Shown in pieces: positions 23,186 through 33,553 of a stretch of 44,069 nt of DNA; within the stretch, counting starts at the first letter, position 1; each line of letters opens with the position of its first letter. The DNA comes from a virus (Duplodnaviria; Caudoviricetes), in IMG/VR virus record IMGVR_UViG_3300015050_000731, positions 1-44,069 of that record. One strand, given 5' to 3'. Made by a program: the position numbers and the translations under genes. The notes under the pieces were generated by a model. It saw only the letters and a program-made list of their open reading frames with translations, had not been told where the DNA came from and searched no databases.

Positions 23186-25545
23186 CGTGCCTCCAACTTC
23201 TGAGCTTCGGTCTGAATCTGCTTTTCGTTCACATCTTGCCGACCGTCAGGCCCCTTTGACGGCTTACCTTGCCCTGAGTCCTGCCCCTTCGCAAGCCCCT
23301 GCCCTTGCTGGAGGATCTGCACCTGCATGGGGCTCATGGCGAGTGCTCCAGGGCCGAGCACCATCGCAAGGGCATTCTTCTGCTGAAACGTCAAGGGCTT
23401 CTTGAGCATCATCATCCGCTCGCTGATTTTCTGCTGGAGATCCGCGTACATGGACGGCCAGACAGCCTTCAGGGCTTCGATCTGCTCAGGCGACTGGTAA
23501 CCCTGCGCGAGGTTCTTCAGCACCTTCGCGGGGTTTTCCACGGCTTCCTTGTAGCGGTTGAACTTGTCGAGGTCCGCCGCGCTCGGTTGCCACGCGGGGG
23601 CGATGGACGGGGGCATACCCTCGTAGGGGTTCTTCGGGGCCTTGGAGTCGAGGTACTGCGCCGCCTTCACGATGGACGCCGCGGTCTGGCCTACCGTGTT
23701 GGGGGCCACCCCGTGCATGTCAGGCGGGATGCGCGCGTACAGGTCTTCGGGGTTCTTGATGAGTTTCCGCAGGCTCTCCGTGAAGTTCACGTACTCCTTC
23801 TGGGAGAGCACGGAGCTGGGCGTGCCCTTGCGTCCAGCAGCCGAGCCAAACAACCCGTCAGCCGCAGAGGCGAGCGCGGCGCTCTGCGCGTCGGAGGCGC
23901 GCTTCACGGCGTCGAGCGAGGCAAGGCGAGTGCCCATCCCCTGCATTTCCTCTGGGGACTCGGGGCTCATGCCCATCTGCGTGAGGTACGCGGGGCCTTG
24001 GTTGCTCATGGCGAGCCCCGTGTGCGTCTCCAGGAGATCCATCGAACCGCGAGCCGCCGCGGCCTCCAGCGTGGCGCGGAACGGCCCCAGGAGTTCAGGC
24101 GCGACAGCGAGCCGGTTCAGGACGTTCTTGCGGAACGAGTCCGCGAGGCCCTTCGTCACGTCGGACTCGGCCATGGCGTTGAGCGTCTCGCCCAGCAGGA
24201 AGCCGCCGTGCTTGCGCGCCAGCTTACCGCCTACGACGGTTGCGCCAGCCGCAGCCATGCCGGGGACACCGCCACCGGCTCCACCCATCGCCGTGAAGCC
24301 TGCGAGTTGCTCCTTGAAACCGAGCCCGCGGGACTCGTAACCCGCGGTCGCGTCGGAGAGCCCTTCCTCAAAGGCACTCATGGCGGCGTAACGCTTGTTC
24401 AGCTTCATCAGGGTCGTGTCACGGGGGACCGGCCCCACGCCCGCCTGCGCCTGCTGGAGGCGACGACCTGCGTTCTCCATAATGTACTCACGCAGAGAGC
24501 GCCGCGCGTCGTCGATGACGTCGTTGCGGACGGTCTGCCCGCCCACGTCCGCGATGCGCCGCCAGTCGCCCTGAATCTTCCACAGCTCGCGCCAAGTGGG
24601 CTTCTGCTCTGCGACGCCCTCCATGGTCTTCTGGACCTCTTCGAGCGCCGCCTGTGCGAACGGGTCGCGCTCGTACTTCTTGAGCGGAGCCAGCACGGCG
24701 TCGGTGATCTTCGTCCCATCCACGGGGTCGAAGTACTGCGCCGACTCCAAATGCCCCGCGATGTCGCCCCAGATGCGCTGCTCCGCAGCCTTCGCAGCCG
24801 CGACCGACTCCTGGCTCAGTGACGTCCCACGGTGAAGCACGCCCTCTTCGCGGGCCACCTTCAGAATGTCGTCCTCGTAGACGCCGTACTTGCGCGCCCA
24901 CTTCTTCGATTCGATCATCGAGAGCGAGAGGTCGCCAGCCTTCGACTTCATGTACTCGCTGACGGTCTTGCCACCGGCCTTCTTAATGAGCGCGCTCGTG
25001 CCCTTGCTGAGTGCGCCGAAACCGAAGTCGAGCGCCGCACCTGTCGCGGCCGCCGAGAACGCAGCCGACGCCATGTGCTCCGCGGTCAAGGGTTGGTCCC
25101 CAAGCACGGACTCATTGACGGCTTCGGAGAGGCCCATCGCCGTACCTTCAAGCGCGCCCGCGCCAGCCCTGCCTACGAGCCCAGCCGCACGCATGGGAGC
25201 GGTGGCTCCCGCGAGCACCTTCCCCGGCCCTGCGACGAAGCCCGCGCCCGTGCCGATTGCCGACGCGACGGGGTTCTCCGCGGCGCGCATCTGCTGGGCC
25301 TGCATGGCTTGCTCAGGCGTCGTCCCCTCAAGCCCCTGCCCGAAGGCTGAGACGAGTTCGGGGCCGACGATGGGGACCGCCGCGCGCACACCGGCTTCGA
25401 TGCCCGCGCGAATGGGCGACTGCGCGGCCTGGGCTCGCGCCGAGTCCATGTCCGTGGGTTGCTTGAACCCGTCAGAAAGTGCCTGCTGCACCTTCTCGTC
25501 GGGCACATCGTACATCTTCCCATCAGTCCATAGGAGCGACGCCAT
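23182..25545 (-). CDS. Large internal virion (ejection) protein
   Basis: 787 aa A/G-rich helical protein, last of the ejection-like run. Confidence 0.65.
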   Translation of the reverse strand: MASLLWTDGKMYDVPDEKVQQALSDGFKQPTDMDSARAQAAQSPIRAGIEAGVRAAVPIVGPELVSAFGQGLEGTTPEQAMQAQQMRAAENPVASAIGTGAGFVAGPGKVLAGATAPMRAAGLVGRAGAGALEGTAMGLSEAVNESVLGDQPLTAEHMASAAFSAAATGAALDFGFGALSKGTSALIKKAGGKTVSEYMKSKAGDLSLSMIESKKWARKYGVYEDDILKVAREEGVLHRGTSLSQESVAAAKAAEQRIWGDIAGHLESAQYFDPVDGTKITDAVLAPLKKYERDPFAQAALEEVQKTMEGVAEQKPTWRELWKIQGDWRRIADVGGQTVRNDVIDDARRSLREYIMENAGRRLQQAQAGVGPVPRDTTLMKLNKRYAAMSAFEEGLSDATAGYESRGLGFKEQLAGFTAMGGAGGGVPGMAAAGATVVGGKLARKHGGFLLGETLNAMAESDVTKGLADSFRKNVLNRLAVAPELLGPFRATLEAAAARGSMDLLETHTGLAMSNQGPAYLTQMGMSPESPEEMQGMGTRLASLDAVKRASDAQSAALASAADGLFGSAAGRKGTPSSVLSQKEYVNFTESLRKLIKNPEDLYARIPPDMHGVAPNTVGQTAASIVKAAQYLDSKAPKNPYEGMPPSIAPAWQPSAADLDKFNRYKEAVENPAKVLKNLAQGYQSPEQIEALKAVWPSMYADLQQKISERMMMLKKPLTFQQKNALAMVLGPGALAMSPMQVQILQQGQGLAKGQDSGQGKPSKGPDGRQDVNEKQIQTEAQKLEAR

Positions 25546-28175
25546 TACTGCTCCTTAGCATACGACGGGGGTGCACTCTGCGCCTGCTTCCGCAGCGACG
25601 CTTCGTACTCCTCCGGCGTAGGCAGGTTGCGCGAGCGGACGAACGCAGAATCGAGCGTCGAAAGCTCGTTCTTGTACTTCGTGACCGCGTACTTGATGAG
25701 ATTACCGACCTTGTTCTGCGCGGCCCCGCTGGTGTCCGCTGCGGAGGGGATGAAGCCTTCGACGTACTTCGGGAAGTCGGCGTCCGTCAGCTTGCCGCCT
25801 TCGAGCACGGTGCCGATGGTCTGCGCGTGGAACTTCTGCGAGGAGTTCTTCCACTTCGAGGCGTCCGTAACCTGCATTCCTAGGCCGAGGTTGGACGTGA
25901 CAGGGGACATCATGCCTACCTGATCCTTGTACTGTTTGGACATCTCCCCGATCTGGTCCCCGAGGCTCAGAAGACCGGAAAGCCGCTCCTGCTGCCCCGG
26001 CTTCATTTCCTGCTTGCCGTCCTTCCCGCCGCCCGCCGCCGCGACGCGAGCCGCGAAGGTCTGGGCGTTGAGGTGGTTTACCTGCGCCGCGGTCAGGGCC
26101 GCTTCCTGAGCCGCCTTGTTCGTCTTGAGCTTGAACTCCATGTCCGCTTCAGCCGACTTCTGGCGCAGGATGCCCGCGTTCTGGAGCGCCTGCATCTTCA
26201 CAGTCTCGGAGCCCGTGGTCGCAGCCGCCGCCTCAAACTGAGTGGCGTACTTGTCGTGCATCATCTTCCGAGCGGCGGAAATGGCCTCGCCTTCGTCGAG
26301 CCCCTGCTGACGACCGAGCGCCACGAGGTTGTTCTGCACGTCCACCTGCTTGTTGATGAGCCCACCCTTGCGCTGGAGTTCTGCGGCCTGCCGCTGGATG
26401 TCAGCCTCCACGAGCCCGTCGAGGCGCTGGAGCCACTGCATCCCCTGTCCGGTAGCTCCGAAAAGAGCCCCGGCGATGACCGCCGCGGCCTTCTGCCCCG
26501 CGTTCTTATCGTTCCAGTAGCGGTTCGGATCGGGTGACTGCGATTCGAGATCGGCCATGCGAGCCTGGAGCGTGGCGAGCCCCACCTGCCCCTGCCGCAT
26601 ACGCTCCGAGCGAGCCGTCTCCATCGCCGCCTGACGAGCCCCGAGCTGCGCTTCCGCGTCCTGCTGCTGCGCGATGAGCGACGCCTTCTTGACGAGAAGT
26701 TCAGACTGTTTGTCGGCAATCCCCGCCTCTGCGGTGAGCTGCGTGGAGAGCGCGTCGTGTCGCGACTTCAGTTCCGCGTCGTAGTTCGCGGACTTGCCGC
26801 CACCCCCGGTGCCGGGGATTCGCCCGCTCATGCTCATCGAGCCGCCCATCGAACCGCTGGGCTGTCCCGCGGGGTCGATGCCGGGGGGCAGGGGCTGCGC
26901 GCCGGGTGCGCCGGGAGGACCACCCGCGGGGGCGGGAGCACCATCGGGGAGTGCGCCAAGCGGCCCGCCTGCGCGCATCATCTCACCTGCGCCCCCTGCA
27001 AGGCGCGTCAGCATAGGGGGTAGCGTGCCCATGGGGTCCGTCACCACGTCCGTAAGCGCCCCACGAGCCTCCGTGGCGAACTGGTTGAGGTTGTCGAGGA
27101 ACCCCCGCTGCGCGGGGTCGCCTGCGTCAACCTGCGATCCGTCGAACGTCATCGGGCGAACACGAACCGTGGGTTTTACGGACGACTCACCAGCAGTGAT
27201 CGTGGGGCTGATGGATGCTCCGTCCCCCTCGCTGACCTGCTTGTACGCGGGCTCTGACCGCAGCGCGCCCTTCACGCTCGCTGCGAGCCGAGACTCGGGG
27301 GTCGAGAAGTCGAGCCCCTCCTGCATCTGCGCCCGCGCATTCGCTTCGCGCACTGTATTCGCCAGCCCAGCGCCGGGGTCGGGGCTGATGTCCATCTCAG
27401 GCATCGTGACGCTGCCGGGGTTCTCCCTGATGTCCATCTCAGGCATCATGCGCGGGTGCCCCGGCGACCGCTCCTTCGAGTTGGCACCCATCGCCATTTG
27501 CGCCATGTTCCCGCGCACGCTCATGCCCGGCCCCGCGTCGCTGATGTACGGGCCGTCGTTCTCGGTCTGCGTGCCCGCACCGCCCGTGGTCGCGGGTTTC
27601 TGCGCGTCCCACTCCGAGGGCGAGCCCTGATCCGGCTTCGATGGGTTGACGGTCTTGTCCGCGGGCTGCGTCTCGTCGCTCAACTTCTTCGAGTTTTCGA
27701 GGTCTTGCTTCTGCTTCCACTCCTGGTGCTGAAGGCGCTTTTCGAGGTAGTCCACCGCCTTCTCGACGGGCATCTTCTTGAGCAGGTCGCGCGTATCCTC
27801 ATCGGGAATGAGCGAGCCCGCACCGACCTGATAGTGCGGGTTCTCGAAAAGCTGCTGGAGGGCGCGGCGGCGCGTATCGGCGGCATCGGCCTTGTCCGCG
27901 CGCCCCATGCCCGCCCTCACGTCGGGAGAGCGACCCGCTTCGATTTCCGCGGGCGTGGGTTCGCCGCCCGTCTCGTAGGAGACGGAGGTGGGCTTGACGA
28001 CCTGAATGGCGCGCTTCTTCACGTTCGCCCACTGCTCGTCCGTCATATTGCCGCGGACGATGGGCGTGACCACACCGTCCATGTCCACCTCGATCGTCTC
28101 CTTGGAGGGATCGGCTGGCTTGGACGGCATCTGCGCCTTCAGGGCTTCCGCGTAGTTCTTCTTCTTGTCGGCCAT
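25545..28175 (-). CDS. Large internal virion (ejection) protein
   Basis: 876 aa, A/Q/G/P rich, coiled coil; AAGGA RBS. Confidence 0.65.
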   Translation of the reverse strand: MADKKKNYAEALKAQMPSKPADPSKETIEVDMDGVVTPIVRGNMTDEQWANVKKRAIQVVKPTSVSYETGGEPTPAEIEAGRSPDVRAGMGRADKADAADTRRRALQQLFENPHYQVGAGSLIPDEDTRDLLKKMPVEKAVDYLEKRLQHQEWKQKQDLENSKKLSDETQPADKTVNPSKPDQGSPSEWDAQKPATTGGAGTQTENDGPYISDAGPGMSVRGNMAQMAMGANSKERSPGHPRMMPEMDIRENPGSVTMPEMDISPDPGAGLANTVREANARAQMQEGLDFSTPESRLAASVKGALRSEPAYKQVSEGDGASISPTITAGESSVKPTVRVRPMTFDGSQVDAGDPAQRGFLDNLNQFATEARGALTDVVTDPMGTLPPMLTRLAGGAGEMMRAGGPLGALPDGAPAPAGGPPGAPGAQPLPPGIDPAGQPSGSMGGSMSMSGRIPGTGGGGKSANYDAELKSRHDALSTQLTAEAGIADKQSELLVKKASLIAQQQDAEAQLGARQAAMETARSERMRQGQVGLATLQARMADLESQSPDPNRYWNDKNAGQKAAAVIAGALFGATGQGMQWLQRLDGLVEADIQRQAAELQRKGGLINKQVDVQNNLVALGRQQGLDEGEAISAARKMMHDKYATQFEAAAATTGSETVKMQALQNAGILRQKSAEADMEFKLKTNKAAQEAALTAAQVNHLNAQTFAARVAAAGGGKDGKQEMKPGQQERLSGLLSLGDQIGEMSKQYKDQVGMMSPVTSNLGLGMQVTDASKWKNSSQKFHAQTIGTVLEGGKLTDADFPKYVEGFIPSAADTSGAAQNKVGNLIKYAVTKYKNELSTLDSAFVRSRNLPTPEEYEASLRKQAQSAPPSYAKEQ

Positions 28176-28186
28176 TTCGTTGATCC

Positions 28187-29011
28187 TTACTTACCGAGTC
28201 CGGTGGAGAGCGCAGTTGCCCCGCCAGCAAGCAGTGACGTGCCCAGTTTGAGTTGAAGCCCAGCAACCTTAGCCTCCGTAGCTTGGCGAAGCCGATCATT
28301 ATCCGCGGCGGCCTGAGCGCGAGCGCGGTCGAGCGTCGTCCCCATCTGCGCGTAGAACCGGGACCGCTGATCCTCAAGCCCTTGAGCGGCGAACCCCGCG
28401 CCCATCTGCGCGTCAGCGGAGCGCAAATCCGCACCGCGAAGCGCACCAGCCGCGCCGCCGATGCCGCCCTGAGACTTCATGATCTCCGCAAGGCGCGCCT
28501 GCCCCACGTCACCCGCAAGGCCCGTCGAGCCGCCTTGGGCTCCGAGCATGGCTCCGCGCCCACCCTGCATGAGCGCCTGCTGCCCCATCTGACCCATCGC
28601 GCGCTGCCCCTGCATGGCTACGAGCGAAGGCCCCGCCTGCTGGGCGCGCATTTGCTGCATCAGCGCGAGCTGCGCTGCGCGCGACTGGTCAGCGACCGAG
28701 GTGTCGTAGGGGTTGGTTGCCTGCCGACGAAAGGCGTTGTCGCGAAAACCCTGCGCCGTGGTCTGGTAGTTGGCAAAGTTGTTGATCTCCTTGCCGATGC
28801 CGCGGTTCTCAAGCGCAAGGTTTGCGAGCGCCCCCGGCGAGTTGAGGATGGAGTCCCGCGGCATAACCGTGGAGCCCGAGACGTGCCCGCTCGCCGCTGG
28901 GGCGTTAGGGTCCACACCCGAGTCGCCTCGACGCTGCCAGCGGTCGTTGACCCACACGTAGTGCGTGGGGTCATTTTCGTACTTCGAGTCGTGACGGTCA
29001 GTAGCAGCCAT
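28187..29011 (-). CDS. Internal virion / DNA transfer protein
   Basis: A/Q/G rich with hydrophobic Gly-rich C-terminus. Confidence 0.6.
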   Translation of the reverse strand: MAATDRHDSKYENDPTHYVWVNDRWQRRGDSGVDPNAPAASGHVSGSTVMPRDSILNSPGALANLALENRGIGKEINNFANYQTTAQGFRDNAFRRQATNPYDTSVADQSRAAQLALMQQMRAQQAGPSLVAMQGQRAMGQMGQQALMQGGRGAMLGAQGGSTGLAGDVGQARLAEIMKSQGGIGGAAGALRGADLRSADAQMGAGFAAQGLEDQRSRFYAQMGTTLDRARAQAAADNDRLRQATEAKVAGLQLKLGTSLLAGGATALSTGLGK

Positions 29012-29014
29012 TTG

Positions 29015-29911
29015 TCACCCGCCGTTAAAAGCATCGTCAATCTTCTGAGGGCCGGTTCGGTTGTCATTCCCGAACGTGGCAAACGTCCCCGTAATGCCAG
29101 CGACAGCCTGGGTGGCCTGATTCGCGGCCTGCGTCGCGAGGTCGGCGTAAGCCTGATCTACGCCCATTGAGCCGAGCCGCGCCTCACGCCCGCGCTGCTC
29201 ACGGGCGAGCGAGGTCTGAAGTCCGTTCTGGGTATAGAAGTTCTGCATGTCTTGATTCAAGCCGTTGCCTTGATTGATGCCCTGCGCCATGCCGGTTGCT
29301 TGCGTGATGTCTTGACCCTGCTGCTGTGCCAGCATCTGCGCGAGCATCTGCTGCGCCGCCTGCTGCTCCTGGACCTGAAGCATCTGCTGATCGCCCGCGA
29401 GCCCGCGCTGAATGCCCTGCTGCCCCGCCTGCACGCCGCGCATGGCCGCGCCCGCGCTCTGGCCGCGCATGGTCGAGCCGAGGCTCGCCTGCTGCGCCTG
29501 CGCCGCACCGTAGCCCTGCTGAAGCTGCTGCTGCGCCTGCGAGTTGGGGTCGCCCGCGGCCTGCCGCTGGAGGTCTTGAATCACCTGCTGCTGCTGGAGT
29601 CGCGCTTGATCCTGATTCGCGGTCTGGAAGGTGGGCAGGTCTACGGAGTTGGGGCCTTTTCCGTAGAAGTCCTCCCACCACTTGGCCCCGGCTTCCGTGG
29701 CCTGGGTAGCGGATACGGGCTGCCCCAGCGCATCCACCGTGCCCACAGAGAAGGGATCTTTAGGAGCGCCGAACACATCGTTTACATAGTGCCCCGTAGC
29801 ACTCTGGTTGATGTAGCTGTCGTACTCCTCCTGCGTCATCACCTGCCCCGCTCGGGGGCCGAATGTCGGAGTGTACGTCCCGTCAGGGTTGCTGTTGTCG
29901 GCTGCTGGCAT
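29015..29911 (-). CDS. Gln-rich internal virion protein
   Basis: Q/A rich; similar organisation to the neighbouring gene. Confidence 0.6.
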   Translation of the reverse strand: MPAADNSNPDGTYTPTFGPRAGQVMTQEEYDSYINQSATGHYVNDVFGAPKDPFSVGTVDALGQPVSATQATEAGAKWWEDFYGKGPNSVDLPTFQTANQDQARLQQQQVIQDLQRQAAGDPNSQAQQQLQQGYGAAQAQQASLGSTMRGQSAGAAMRGVQAGQQGIQRGLAGDQQMLQVQEQQAAQQMLAQMLAQQQGQDITQATGMAQGINQGNGLNQDMQNFYTQNGLQTSLAREQRGREARLGSMGVDQAYADLATQAANQATQAVAGITGTFATFGNDNRTGPQKIDDAFNGG

Positions 29912-29914
29912 GGG

Positions 29915-32900
29915 TCAGAACCTCGCGGTGGGCGGCTGCTTGAAGTAACCACCCTTTACACCAATCTGCAAGGTCAGGTCGGTGAGGCGGAAGCGCCCCG
30001 CAGCGCCCGCAGTCGGGAAGAAATAGACCGCGATCTTGATCGCCTCGCACTTCTGCTTGACGAAGTGGTGCTGGAGCTGGACGACGCCGCCCGTCGAGGG
30101 GGTCACGGAGACGAAAGGTGCGTCGGACGTGTAGGTGGGATCGAAGTCGTAGTTGAGCGAAATGCCGAACGTGACCGGGTTCAGCGAGCCGTCCACGTTC
30201 CGCCCCAGCGCGATCATTCGGTAAATGCGCTGGAAGCCCTGGATGCCCGCGAACGAGAGCCACGCCGTCTCGATGTAGGTGCTGTAGACACTGCCGGGGT
30301 TGCCGTTGTCGAGTACGTCAGTGCTCACAGAGTCATCGGTGTAGCGAAGCAGCGGGTTGGTGACCGAGTAGTTGCTCAGATGGTAGTAGCGGTCGTCCGC
30401 GTACACCGCGTCGATGCTCGCCATGCCCGTGAAACGAGTCCACTGCCGCCACTGGTAGTCCCACACGAGGCAGGTGCCCGAGGACTGGTAGATGCGAAGT
30501 TGCTGCTTCGCGGACCCGGTGACGGCTACGGCGGTGCCGCTGACGAGCGAGTCTACCTCCGAGCCCACCTGCTTCCCGTCCTGCCCAACAGCGAGCGAGC
30601 CGCTGCGTGAGACGAGCCGCACCCCGGAGGGCGAGCGGAACCAGACCCCCTCGGGCCCGCGGACGACGCTCTTGGGGGAGTCCCAGGAGCCACCGACCTC
30701 CGTGACGATGGTTCGGTAGTCGCTGTACTGCCCCTGCGTGCCGCTGGGGTTCGGGCCTTGGCCGTCGATGATCCCAACGCCGCTCTCGCAGATGACCACG
30801 AGCCGGTCATCCATCTCCTCAGTGGCGACGACGCGCCCCTTGTCAGCCGGTACGACAGTCTGGTGCGTCGGGTCGCCCGAGCTGAACTCCACGCCGTAGC
30901 CAGGGTCGCTCTGCTTGCTCCAGTGGATGCGCTGGCCGTCCCCACACCCAGAGAGCACGAGTCGCCGCTGCCACAAGCTGACGTGACGACACGCGGGCGC
31001 GGGGGAGTTGGGGAGCACACTCCCCGCGGTGTAAAGCTGTTCGCTCAGTGAGAGGTCCGCATCGGTGATGACGCTCGTGCCCACATTGTTGACAGCAAGG
31101 TAGAGCGAGGTGTCGGTCGAAGTGATCTTCGTCCGGTACATCAGAAGCTGCGCATTCGCCTTCTGCGTCGGGACAGCGGTGAGCGTGGGCGTAAAGGAGT
31201 AGTTGGCGGCGGTCGCGGTGACCAACATCTCGTTCGACGGGGCGGACTCGTGCCAGTTCCCCTGCGCGTCCTGCCATGCCCAAGTGAAGCATACGGTGTA
31301 CGTACCCGCGGTAGCTGGGACGAGCTGATACGTACCCGCCGTGCCCACGGCCACGGTGATGCTGAGAATCTCGGGGCCGTGGTGGAAGCCCTCCTCGACG
31401 TAGTTCGACCCGTCGAAGATGTACGGGCACGCGCCCGCGAGGAAGGTCAACCCGTTGGTCTCCTCATGCTGGAGCTGGGACGCGAAGTCGATGGTGGCAC
31501 TGCTCAGGCAGACGGCGGTATCGTTGGTGATGCCCGCGATCCGAAGGTCCGACTCGAATTTGAGGTAGGGCAGAATGAGGGTGGTGCTTCGTAGCGGCAT
31601 CGCGGAGACACGGTGCGTGATGCGCCAGTTCTTGATCGACACTGCCCCGTCGCCGTAGTCGATGCGAGCGAGCACCTGGGGCGGCGCACCCGCCGCGCCA
31701 GCGACTCCGAGGTTCGCAAGCACGGAACTGAGGTCGATGACGAAGGTGGTGGTCTGGTAGTGCTCCGACATGAAGACCATCGGGAGGTAAAGGCGTGCGC
31801 TCATCACCCCAATACGCCCAGCGATGACCCACGGCGACGTGGACGCGCACTCAGTCAGGGTGCCGTAGGTGTGAGTACACGAGGACAGTCGGAGGGTCGA
31901 GGCGTACGCACTGCCCGTGAGCGTCGTCGAGTCCCAGGCGATGATGAGTTGTGCGGCGCTCCCCTCATAGGCAGCGACGCGCCCCGCCTTCGTACCCACA
32001 GCCGCAGTTCCCACCGTGGACTCCGCGGAGACGGATACCGCGGTAATGTTGTAGTGCATCGCTTTCAGTACGTTCGTGTTGATGCCGTAGATCGCGTGAA
32101 GCCGGTAGTTGGTCGCGTCGTAGGTGATGATCGCGGTGAGGCTTGTGGGGGTGGCAGAAGTGCCGAGCACGCTCGCACCAGCGAAGGTCGTGCCGTCCGT
32201 GGTGCTGATCTCCCCCGCCTTGAACTGGCCCGCCGAGCGATAGACGATGCCCAGCTTCACGGCGTCAGCGGAGAAGGCCACGTCGTAGAGGCACTCGCTG
32301 CCAATTGCGCTCTCAACGTTCGCGGTCGTCGCGTCGGTGGTCACCGTAGCGAACGCGGTAACCGCGCCGACCGAGGACACAGTAAGCCCCTTGATCGCGT
32401 AGTTGACGGTCGCAGCGGCGAACGATGCCACGTAAATGAAGAACTTGTTTTGTGCGGCGCTGGCTACCACACGAGGCTTGACAAGCTGGTTGGTGCCGTC
32501 GCTCAGGAGGGTGTCGTAGAGTCGAAAGCCCGTGGAGTCGTCAACAACCACGAGCCGTACACTCTGAAGCCCACTGCCTGCGGTGTCCTTCGACTCCCAT
32601 ACGTAGCAGGTGAGGTTCCCCAGCACCGCACAGTCGAAGTTTCCGTCGTAGAGCGGCGCACCTGACGCCGCGGCGGTCGCCTTCTGATTGACGCCGCCGA
32701 TCCGCGCAGTCGTCATCCCAGCTCGACGGAACTGAAACGGAGAGGTGAACCCGCTCGCCGTCGAGGGGTTGATGACAGGGGTGGTTCCGCCACTCTTCTG
32801 CACGCGGCGGATGCCCCCCTGCCCGCCCGTAGACCCAATACCCTCAAGGTGTGGCACGCCCTGGTGAGAGAACGCTCGGGCTGCCTGCCCGAGGGTGAAG

Positions 32901-33088
32901 GGCCCATACGGCCCCAGCGGGCTCAAACTCACGCTCGCCTGACCGCCGCGGCGTACCACGGTCGAGGCGTCATCGAACTGCACGTTGTCTGCGACGGCGA
33001 GCTTCGAGGGGATGGTGAGAAAGGAGTCGTCCTTCTTCTCAAGCCCACCGCTCATGTTCAGGTGGACGAGCTGCTTCTGAAGGCTCAT
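29915..33088 (-). CDS. Tail nozzle / stabilisation protein (P22 gp10, T7 gp12 position)
   Basis: 1057 aa beta-rich; C-terminal RIHWS, GVWFRS, YIETAW..GFQRI pattern; synteny. Confidence 0.7.
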   Translation of the reverse strand: MSLQKQLVHLNMSGGLEKKDDSFLTIPSKLAVADNVQFDDASTVVRRGGQASVSLSPLGPYGPFTLGQAARAFSHQGVPHLEGIGSTGGQGGIRRVQKSGGTTPVINPSTASGFTSPFQFRRAGMTTARIGGVNQKATAAASGAPLYDGNFDCAVLGNLTCYVWESKDTAGSGLQSVRLVVVDDSTGFRLYDTLLSDGTNQLVKPRVVASAAQNKFFIYVASFAAATVNYAIKGLTVSSVGAVTAFATVTTDATTANVESAIGSECLYDVAFSADAVKLGIVYRSAGQFKAGEISTTDGTTFAGASVLGTSATPTSLTAIITYDATNYRLHAIYGINTNVLKAMHYNITAVSVSAESTVGTAAVGTKAGRVAAYEGSAAQLIIAWDSTTLTGSAYASTLRLSSCTHTYGTLTECASTSPWVIAGRIGVMSARLYLPMVFMSEHYQTTTFVIDLSSVLANLGVAGAAGAPPQVLARIDYGDGAVSIKNWRITHRVSAMPLRSTTLILPYLKFESDLRIAGITNDTAVCLSSATIDFASQLQHEETNGLTFLAGACPYIFDGSNYVEEGFHHGPEILSITVAVGTAGTYQLVPATAGTYTVCFTWAWQDAQGNWHESAPSNEMLVTATAANYSFTPTLTAVPTQKANAQLLMYRTKITSTDTSLYLAVNNVGTSVITDADLSLSEQLYTAGSVLPNSPAPACRHVSLWQRRLVLSGCGDGQRIHWSKQSDPGYGVEFSSGDPTHQTVVPADKGRVVATEEMDDRLVVICESGVGIIDGQGPNPSGTQGQYSDYRTIVTEVGGSWDSPKSVVRGPEGVWFRSPSGVRLVSRSGSLAVGQDGKQVGSEVDSLVSGTAVAVTGSAKQQLRIYQSSGTCLVWDYQWRQWTRFTGMASIDAVYADDRYYHLSNYSVTNPLLRYTDDSVSTDVLDNGNPGSVYSTYIETAWLSFAGIQGFQRIYRMIALGRNVDGSLNPVTFGISLNYDFDPTYTSDAPFVSVTPSTGGVVQLQHHFVKQKCEAIKIAVYFFPTAGAAGRFRLTDLTLQIGVKGGYFKQPPTARF

Positions 33089-33550
33089 TTACGGCTCCGT
33101 GTCGAAGGTGATGCCTTCGAGGGAAAAGTAGGTGGTGCCACCATACCCGTACGCAATCACGCCGTCCGCGTAGATAGACGCGCCGCCAGCACCTGCGCTC
33201 CCCGTAGTGGGGAACAACTTGCGCTTGGCGGGTCGATACCCCACAGGAAGTACAGCGATGGTGACGACCACACCCGCGGAGCGCGCAACGATGCCGCGCA
33301 GCTCAACGCGCCCCAGCGGCGTCTTTCGGTACTGCGCCACCTGAAGCGCCGGGTCCGCGTAGTCCGCCCAGTTCGACGCGCTGACGTAGTTGAGCGGCTT
33401 CCACTTCTCCTGCTGCACGAAGGGTTGGAGGTATTTGATGACCGCGATCAGCGAGGTTGCGATTGCGTCGATTGCGCGTTGTACGAGCGGGTCACCAACC
33501 CGCGCGTGCGCTGCTTCAGGGAGTGGGGTATTGCGGTTCTGTCGCGGCAC
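33089..33550 (-). CDS. Small tail protein with receptor-binding-like C-terminal domain
   Basis: QYRK..GRVELRG..IAVLPVGYRP motif. Confidence 0.6.
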   Translation of the reverse strand: MPRQNRNTPLPEAAHARVGDPLVQRAIDAIATSLIAVIKYLQPFVQQEKWKPLNYVSASNWADYADPALQVAQYRKTPLGRVELRGIVARSAGVVVTIAVLPVGYRPAKRKLFPTTGSAGAGGASIYADGVIAYGYGGTTYFSLEGITFDTEP

Positions 33551-33553
33551 GGC

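Noticed and set aside
27385-27447. 21-bp direct repeat (MPEMDI twice)
   Set aside because: Two-copy intragenic duplication in a low-complexity region; not CRISPR, and no reverse transcriptase for a DGR
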